NCBI GenBank assembly: GCA_022574205.1
Contig: JACZSL010000001.1
Coordinates: 5,447 to 69,446 of the forward strand
DNA from: Patescibacteria group bacterium
Lineage (GTDB): Bacteria > Patescibacteriota > Minisyncoccia > Phycocordibacterales > JACZSL01
Reading direction: 5' to 3'
DNA length: 64,000 nt
The first letter of the stretch is position 1, and each line of letters opens with the position of its first letter. Positions 57,507-64,000 of this stretch are shown here, one piece after another. The position numbers and the translations under genes were made by a program. The notes below the pieces were generated by a model. The model searched no databases and was not told the DNA's origin. It worked only from the letters and a program-made list of their open reading frames with translations.

Positions 57507-58172
57507 TTAAGCCGTAAGCGCGATATGTTCCAAAATCATCTTCATAAGAGACCCTCGATCAAATAAGTACCCCTTACAAACAGCGAGCTCTCTTAATAAA
57601 TGTAATCTTTCCTTTGATGGCTTTTTAAGAAGCTCATGACGTAAAGATAGTTCGAATTCATCCAAAAATGTGAGGGCTTCGTCTTTATTTTTTGCTTCAA
57701 TAATAGGTTGTAAGTAACGTAGGCGTTCTGGCCCTTTCATTCTCAAAAATTTATCTCCTTGGATGCAGAGTGTTTTCTTTGTCTTTTGGCTTATTACAAA
57801 GAGCCTGGAAAAAAGTGTTGGGAGTATTGTTTCTGGTGTTTTTGTGACGAGAAAAAAATGTGTGTTTAGTGTCGGTTCTTCAAAGAGTTTTAGGAGCGCG
57901 TTCTGCGCCTCGTGTGTCATTGATCGAAAAGTGATTACGGTAATCTGTTTTTCGCCAATTGCTTTTCTAGAACTGTTTTCTTTAAGTATCCTGCTGTCGT
58001 TTATGCCAAAAGTTTCAGTGATAATGTGCGAGAAATCAGGATTTCCTTTTAGTGAGACGAGAAGATCTCTCTCAATAAAAGAAAGCAGGTCACTCGTTAG
58101 TGTCTCGTCAATGAGATAGGCGTGATGAAGAAATCCTGTCCTTTTGTACGTATCACTAATTCTTTTCAGCAT
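57507..58172 (-). CDS. holB: DNA polymerase III delta-prime-like subunit (short)
   Basis: HHAYLI, NPDF, MTHEAQNALLKLFEEP, ILPTLFSR. Confidence 0.8.
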   Translation of the reverse strand: MLKRISDTYKRTGFLHHAYLIDETLTSDLLSFIERDLLVSLKGNPDFSHIITETFGINDSRILKENSSRKAIGEKQITVITFRSMTHEAQNALLKLFEEPTLNTHFFLVTKTPETILPTLFSRLFVISQKTKKTLCIQGDKFLRMKGPERLRYLQPIIEAKNKDEALTFLDEFELSLRHELLKKPSKERLHLLRELAVCKGYLFDRGSLMKMILEHIALTA

Positions 58173-58352
58173 GTAGTAGTTATTTGTGCCTTAAAATATA
58201 GCCTTTTTAAGCTATAACAGATATGGGTGTAGAAAGACATTGACAATTATTTTCCTTATAATAACATTTTCCTGCTGTTTGGCGTACCGTGTCGTGGTTC
58301 TCGCCGGCAGCGGTCTGTGGCTCGCTTAAACAGGGGCTGCAGACCTTATTTT

Positions 58353-59366
58353 TTATCTTTTCGCAATAATACTCTTTTTGTATAGATCCAAATGATTGAG
58401 TGCTACACCAGTTCCTTTTGCAACACAGCTCTGCGCGTCTTTTGAAAGAATGGCTTTCACTCCGGTTCGTCTAAATACAAGCTCTGGTAGGTGGCGAAGC
58501 TGTGACAAACCACCCGTCATGATAATACCGCGGTCAATAATGTCTGCAGAAAGTTCTGGAGGTGTTTCCTGTAGTACGCTACGGATTGCTTTAATCATTT
58601 CTCGAAGTTCTCTATTGATAGCCCGAACAATCTCGTTTGTTTTAATCTCTGTTGTGCGTGGTAATCCTGTTATATAATCACGCCCCTTAATAAGCATTGA
58701 GAGCTCCTCTTCAATAGGCACCGCGGCACCGATTTGTATTTTTACTTCTTCTGCCGTTTTATCGCCAATCGCAAGATTGTGCGTTTTTTTCACATAATCG
58801 ATAATTGCCTGATCAATTCTGTTGCCTGCACATTTCACACTTGTTGACACAACAATGCCTCCAAGTGATATGACCGCAACATCAATAGTTCCACCCCCAA
58901 TGTCAACTATCATGTGTCCGTGTGCTTCCTGAATGGGGATGCCTGCTCCAATAGCCGCGAGAATCGGTTCTTTGATGACGTATGCATTCTTGGCTCCTGC
59001 TTTTATGGTAGCTTCAATAACCGCACGCTTTTCTGTTGAGGTAACACCAGCGGGGACAGACACCATCACATCTGGTTTAAAAATATTCCATTTTCCCAGA
59101 ACCTTCTTTATGTAATGACGAAGCATTATCTCCGTCATACGATAATCAGCAATCACACCGTCACGCATTGGTCGATAAGCCACAATTGTTTCAGGAGTGC
59201 GTCCGATCATCTCTTTTGCTTCGGTACCAATTGCAAGTATTGTATTTTCCTCTTCAGAGACTGCCACAACAGAAGGTTCATTCAAGACAACCCCTCGACC
59301 TGGAAGATATACGAGTATGTATGTAGTACCAAGATCAATTCCGAGTTTTTTACTAAATAATGCCAT
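58353..59366 (-). CDS. mreB: Rod shape-determining protein MreB
   Basis: GIDLGT, EPSVVA, RPMRDGVIAD, VDIGGGT, ETPPELSADI. Confidence 0.97.
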   Translation of the reverse strand: MALFSKKLGIDLGTTYILVYLPGRGVVLNEPSVVAVSEEENTILAIGTEAKEMIGRTPETIVAYRPMRDGVIADYRMTEIMLRHYIKKVLGKWNIFKPDVMVSVPAGVTSTEKRAVIEATIKAGAKNAYVIKEPILAAIGAGIPIQEAHGHMIVDIGGGTIDVAVISLGGIVVSTSVKCAGNRIDQAIIDYVKKTHNLAIGDKTAEEVKIQIGAAVPIEEELSMLIKGRDYITGLPRTTEIKTNEIVRAINRELREMIKAIRSVLQETPPELSADIIDRGIIMTGGLSQLRHLPELVFRRTGVKAILSKDAQSCVAKGTGVALNHLDLYKKSIIAKR

Positions 59367-59501
59367 GTTTGAGACTATGCTTTGAGCAAAGAAAATCGTG
59401 TATATATGTAACCATAATTATCAGCGTGAATGGTTCATATTTTCAATCCCTATATAGTATCGTATAAACCGCATGTTGCAATGATGCGAATCCGTCCACT
59501 A

Positions 59502-59521
59502 TATAGCATATATGCTATACT
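59502..59521 (+). promoter_or_regulatory. 18-bp perfect palindrome overlapping extended -10 of HTH-murA
   Basis: TATAGCATATATGCTATA (59502-59519); TGCTATACT at 59513-59521, 6 nt before ATG. Confidence 0.65.
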
Positions 59522-59527
59522 TCATTA

Positions 59528-61048
59528 ATGAAAAATCGATTGGAACACATAGGCCCTATTATTGCAAAGATTCGCGAGGATAAAGAGATGACTCAAAAAG
59601 TACTAGCGAAAAAAATCATGACAACTCAATCCGCCGTAGCACGCATGGAAAAAGGTGAACAGAATTTGACTACAGAAATGCTCGCCCGTATTGGTCGTGC
59701 TTTAAAAGCGGAGATTTTGAGTGTTTCTTCAGGAAAAATGAACCTGAAAATCAAAGGTGGGGAAAAACTTCATGGTAAAATACGGGTAAATACATCAAAA
59801 AACGGAGCAATGGGTCTTCTTTCGGCTTCTCTTTTAAATAGAGGAACAACGGTTCTAAAAAATGTGCCAAATATTGAGGAAGTGAACCGAATCGTCGAAG
59901 TATTAAAGAGTATTGGAGTACGTGTAAAACGCTCGCGTGGAAATATTGAAATAATTCCGCCAAAGAAATTTACATTTTCTAAGTTGGACAAAAAAGCTGC
60001 TGGGCAGACACGTAGCATAATTATGTTCATTGGACCTCTAGTACATAGCCTTAAAACGTTCACTCTACCAAACACCGGTGGGTGCGAATTGGGGGTTCGA
60101 AGTATTCGACCTCACCACTATGCTCTAGAAAAACTTGGAGTAGTTATAGAAACGAGGCAGAATGATTTTGTGGTGCGCCATAAGGGACTTAAAAAGAACC
60201 AGGAAATTATTCTATACGAAGCCGGTGATACAGTAACTCAAAACGTGCTGATGGCCGCAAGTCTTATACCAACAACAACAACTATCAAATACGCCTCAGC
60301 AAACTATCAGGTTCAGGAATTATGTTTTTTCCTCGAAAAACTTGGAGTAAAAATAGGTGGTGTTGGCACTTCTACGCTTGTTGTTTCGGGGGTCTCAACC
60401 ATAAACAAACATATGGAGTACGAGATAAGCGAGGATCCAACAGACGCAATGTTTTTTTTGGCAGCAGCAATCATGACAAAAAGTTCTATAATAATTGAAA
60501 GATGTCCTATAGAGTTTCTTGAGATAGAGCTTTTAACTTTGGAAAAAATGGGCTTTAAATATAGTAAGAGTAAACCCTACCTCTCACGTAATGGTAGAAC
60601 TAAATTAGTTGATATTAAAACACAAAGCTCAAATCTTTTCGCACCTCCAGAAAAAATTCATCCTCTTCCCTACCCTGGATTAAATATAGACAATCTTCCA
60701 TTTTTTGCTGCAATAGCAACGATCGCAAAAGGTCAAACATTGATTCACGATTGGGTCTACGATAAGCGTGCGCTTTATTATACAGAGCTAGATAAGCTTG
60801 GGGCGAGTACTGTTCTTGCTGACCCGCATCGCCTATACATTACAGGACCAACCAAATTAAGAGCCACGGAGCTTGTGTGTCCGCCCGCGCTTCGCCCCGC
60901 TACCATACTGCTCATATGCATGCTTGCGGCTGAAGGAACCTCGGTTTTGCGCGACGTTTACAGCATTAATCGTGGATACGAGAATTTGACAAAGAGGCTT
61001 AATTCTATTGGGGCTGAAATAAGTATCATACGTGATTTTACATACTAG
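59528..61048 (+). CDS. murA: XRE-HTH fused UDP-N-acetylglucosamine 1-carboxyvinyltransferase
   Basis: TQKVLA...TTQSAVARMEKG HTH; SKNGA, GGCELGVR, PYPG, INRGYE. Confidence 0.93.
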   Translation: MKNRLEHIGPIIAKIREDKEMTQKVLAKKIMTTQSAVARMEKGEQNLTTEMLARIGRALKAEILSVSSGKMNLKIKGGEKLHGKIRVNTSKNGAMGLLSASLLNRGTTVLKNVPNIEEVNRIVEVLKSIGVRVKRSRGNIEIIPPKKFTFSKLDKKAAGQTRSIIMFIGPLVHSLKTFTLPNTGGCELGVRSIRPHHYALEKLGVVIETRQNDFVVRHKGLKKNQEIILYEAGDTVTQNVLMAASLIPTTTTIKYASANYQVQELCFFLEKLGVKIGGVGTSTLVVSGVSTINKHMEYEISEDPTDAMFFLAAAIMTKSSIIIERCPIEFLEIELLTLEKMGFKYSKSKPYLSRNGRTKLVDIKTQSSNLFAPPEKIHPLPYPGLNIDNLPFFAAIATIAKGQTLIHDWVYDKRALYYTELDKLGASTVLADPHRLYITGPTKLRATELVCPPALRPATILLICMLAAEGTSVLRDVYSINRGYENLTKRLNSIGAEISIIRDFTY

Positions 61049-61066
61049 TGTTTTTTTGACACTATA

Positions 61067-61870
61067 ATGGCAATGGAAACATTCGGAAATAAATGGGGGC
61101 TTGCGGTCGTGATCCTCCTTATAGCAACCGGTACAGTTTGGCTTTTTGGAGCGAGCGGTTTTCGAATCGGAGAAGGTTTCCTCCTTGTGCGCACTGGCTC
61201 AGTGGAGCTACAATATGTTTTGCCAGAAGCCGTCGTATTCTTAAACGATGAAGAAAGGAGGGGTAAGAAAAACCTAGATGGTAGTTTTTCTATTAAAAAC
61301 ATAGAACCGGGAACATATACAATAATGGTTGCCAAAGAAGATCATTGGCCTTGGATCAAAAAAATTAATTTGAGCGAGCAGCAAGTACTTGTACTGCATC
61401 CATTTACCATTTCAAAAAGTCCAAAGGTGACGAAAGTTTCCGAGGATGACGAACTATACCTTACTTCCATATCTAGTATTAAGCTAGAATTACTACCGAC
61501 AATGCAGTCGAAAAAAACCTCAATAGATGGCTTAACCGCGATATGGCTAGAAGACAATGCAGTAATGATTGAGTGGCTTGGAGACCTTGAAGATCTTCCG
61601 TCTATTTTCTGCAGTACGAGCAACACTTGTGATCAACAGATTATTGTATATTCTGGTACTGACACTGTAAGTAGTATAGATTTCTATCTAAATCAGACTG
61701 ATGTTTTGCTCATAGCTTCAGGTAATAAACTTATCGTTGTTGATGTTGACTCAAAAAATGTTCAAAATATTCAACCACTATACGAAGGCACTGAACCTGT
61801 TTTTAAAGTTATGGAAGGAGAGACTCTATATATTCTTGACGCAGGAGAACTCTACGTTATGACACTTTAA
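61067..61870 (+). CDS. Membrane protein with PEGA-like domain
   Basis: TM, ASGFR..TGSV, AVVFLN, PGTYTIMVAKEDHWPW.K. Confidence 0.7.
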   Translation: MAMETFGNKWGLAVVILLIATGTVWLFGASGFRIGEGFLLVRTGSVELQYVLPEAVVFLNDEERRGKKNLDGSFSIKNIEPGTYTIMVAKEDHWPWIKKINLSEQQVLVLHPFTISKSPKVTKVSEDDELYLTSISSIKLELLPTMQSKKTSIDGLTAIWLEDNAVMIEWLGDLEDLPSIFCSTSNTCDQQIIVYSGTDTVSSIDFYLNQTDVLLIASGNKLIVVDVDSKNVQNIQPLYEGTEPVFKVMEGETLYILDAGELYVMTL

Positions 61871-61882
61871 ACGCTTTTCTTT

Positions 61883-63739
61883 ATGAACCTCGTGCACGTC
61901 ATCCCGATAGCAAGAGGTATTGCTCGTAATCGACTTTCCTACTTTACATCAAAGAATGTTGTGAAAGGTAGCCTTGTATCCGTTCCTTTGAGAAACAAGG
62001 TGGTGCCTGCTCTTGTCATTCAAGTTGAGGATCTTAGATTTGCACGTAGCCAACTTCGTAAAGCTAAATACGCAGTCAAAAAGATAGTGGTGCTAAAAAA
62101 TAGAAGCGTATTGTCTGATGCATATCTAAAAGCCGCAGAAAGCACGGCTATTTATACAGCTTCTTCGGTCGGAGCGGTGTTTTATGCTTTAATTCCAAAG
62201 GTGTTCCTAGACAATATAGACGCTATGCCAGCACTGAAAAACCCGAGGTTAAAAAAGGGCACACGCACAACATATATCATTGAAGCTCCGCGATTAGAGC
62301 GTGTAGCACAATACGCTAAGCAAATAAAGTTAGAGCTTAAGTTAAATAAATCAGTTTATATATGTGTTTCAACAAGAGAAGAAGCCCAGCGTATTGGGTG
62401 CGAGTTAGCTTTTCTAAATGAGCGAATTTTTGTTTTTCATGGTTTTATACCAAGAAAGGAGTTGGTGTCGCGCATGGAAGCCATGTTACAAGAAAAGAGG
62501 GCGGTTGTTATTGTTGGCACAGGAAACTTTTTAGCTTTGCCAAGGACTGACATTGGTACAATCATAATTGAAAGAGAGTCATCCGGAGCCTACAAAAAGC
62601 GCTCTAGACCATTTGTTGATATTAGAGTATTTGCTACATACCTATCTAAATACTCAGGCGCGCGCTTAATCATTGGTGATGATGCGTTGCGTATTGAAAC
62701 AATGTACGGATTGACTTACGATCAAAAAGTTAAACGGAGATCAAATATGCCCAGTCAGTTTCCAAAGAAAAAAGTCGTAGACATGCGGAAATATAAAGGT
62801 AAGACGTTTAAGGTGTTGAGCCTTGAGCTTGAAAAACTTTTGATGGAAGCTTCTGGCCACGTCTTTCTATTTACTGCTACTCGCGGTGTATCATCGAATA
62901 CGATATGCGAAGATTGCGGTGAGGTTGTCTTGTGTCAAAATTGTGAGGCTCCAGCCGTATTGCACAAAGGAACACCTGAAAATATATTTGTCTGCCATAA
63001 CTGTGGGGAGTCCAGGAGTGCTAAAGAACGTTGCAGAACGTGTAATAGTTGGAAGCTAAAGCCAATAGGTGTTGGAATTGAGCGTGTAGTTGATGAAGTT
63101 AAAAAAAATGTTGGAGACGTTAGTGTGTTTGTTATAAGTAGCGACCACACAAAAACCCATAGCCGAATCAAAAAGGAAATGAAATCTTTTATGGAATCTG
63201 AGGGTGGTATTCTCATTGGTACTGAAATGGCCCTAAACTATTTAGAGGAAAGAGTGGACTTCGTGGCTGTCGTTTCTATTGACGCTCTTTTGTCTGTGCC
63301 GGATCCAAAAATCTTTGAGCGTGTATATACACTTTTACTTGCACTTATCTCTAATGCAAAAAAAACATTTCTATTGCAGACAAGACAACCGGAGTTGAGC
63401 CTTATACAGCAGGCTTTAGATGGTTATACAAAACAATTTTATAAAGATGAACTGGAGGAGAGAAAGCGTTTTGGTTACCCTCCATTTACTGTACTAATTA
63501 AAGTCAGTGTTTCCGGCACACGCTTGTGGGTTGCTGCAAAAATGGAGGAAATAAAAAAACAACTTGAAGACTATGACTTTCGGATTTATCCTGCATTTGG
63601 GCGCACAAAGCGTGACTATGTACTAAATGCGCTGATTCGTGTCTCAAAAAAATCATGGCCAAATACCAAGTTAATTGAGCTTTTAAGGAGCCTGCCTCCA
63701 AACGTTATGATAGATGTTGAACCAGAAAGCGTGCTTTAA
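61883..63739 (+). CDS. priA: Primosomal protein N' with degenerate helicase motifs
   Basis: GSLVSVPLR N-domain, four CxxC pairs, GVGIERV, ILIGTE, LLQTRQP, ERKRFGYPPF. Confidence 0.88.
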   Translation: MNLVHVIPIARGIARNRLSYFTSKNVVKGSLVSVPLRNKVVPALVIQVEDLRFARSQLRKAKYAVKKIVVLKNRSVLSDAYLKAAESTAIYTASSVGAVFYALIPKVFLDNIDAMPALKNPRLKKGTRTTYIIEAPRLERVAQYAKQIKLELKLNKSVYICVSTREEAQRIGCELAFLNERIFVFHGFIPRKELVSRMEAMLQEKRAVVIVGTGNFLALPRTDIGTIIIERESSGAYKKRSRPFVDIRVFATYLSKYSGARLIIGDDALRIETMYGLTYDQKVKRRSNMPSQFPKKKVVDMRKYKGKTFKVLSLELEKLLMEASGHVFLFTATRGVSSNTICEDCGEVVLCQNCEAPAVLHKGTPENIFVCHNCGESRSAKERCRTCNSWKLKPIGVGIERVVDEVKKNVGDVSVFVISSDHTKTHSRIKKEMKSFMESEGGILIGTEMALNYLEERVDFVAVVSIDALLSVPDPKIFERVYTLLLALISNAKKTFLLQTRQPELSLIQQALDGYTKQFYKDELEERKRFGYPPFTVLIKVSVSGTRLWVAAKMEEIKKQLEDYDFRIYPAFGRTKRDYVLNALIRVSKKSWPNTKLIELLRSLPPNVMIDVEPESVL

Positions 63740-64000
63740 CAAGAAAGTTGTGCAATCACTCATACCCAAGGAAGCCCTCGGACATTTGCTGGTGCCAAGC
63801 TGTTTGGTCATTACAGAAGATTGGCTGTTTATTTTATAAAATAATGGCTCCTGACCCTATTTTCCTCAAGTTTTGATCGAGATCCGATCTCGATCAAATT
63901 GGGGTTGTTTGTTATTTACGATGTCTTGATAAGACTTCGTATACGTGTCATTATGAAATCGCTTTATATGCAAAATATTATTAAAATTGTTCAGGCAAAT

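Noticed and set aside
58270-58346. GC-rich stretch after mreB as ncRNA
   Set aside because: Explained by a terminator-like hairpin (GGTCTGTGGC/GCTGCAGACC); no recognisable RNA motif

Overview
Genomic window from a reduced-genome bacterium, inferred to be Patescibacteria/CPR (Parcubacteria-like) from a short GAD-less AspRS, HTH-MurA fusion, degenerate PriA/HolB and typical dispersed palindromes. Positions 1-19.5 kb are an accessory array of singly transcribed surface, lipoprotein and hypothetical genes. It includes two ATP-grasp (graspetide/microviridin-type) ligases, each with a short precursor-like ORF missed by the ORF track (5219-5368, 17854-18009). Positions 19.5-64 kb are mostly housekeeping (trpS, aspS, pepA, scpAB, mraY, ftsW, murG, gltX, xer, dus, ftsQ, serS, dprA, topA, rel, parB, miaA, rpmG, rseP, frr, mreB, murA, priA, tRNA-Leu, tRNA-Trp) with one AT-rich sugar-modification island. 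Main signals: (1) a 282-bp element encoding only a GIY-YIG nuclease, with 14-bp terminal inverted repeats and a 4-bp target duplication, inserted exactly at the ftsW start codon, plus non-coding relatives abutting the ATG of four other genes; (2) two RiPP-like loci; (3) islands bracketed by duplicated gene ends (three copies of the topA 3' end, two of the trpS promoter/start); (4) an in-frame palindrome in topA, a dif-like site before xer and a palindromic operator before HTH-murA. All calls are by eye; novelty could not be checked against databases.
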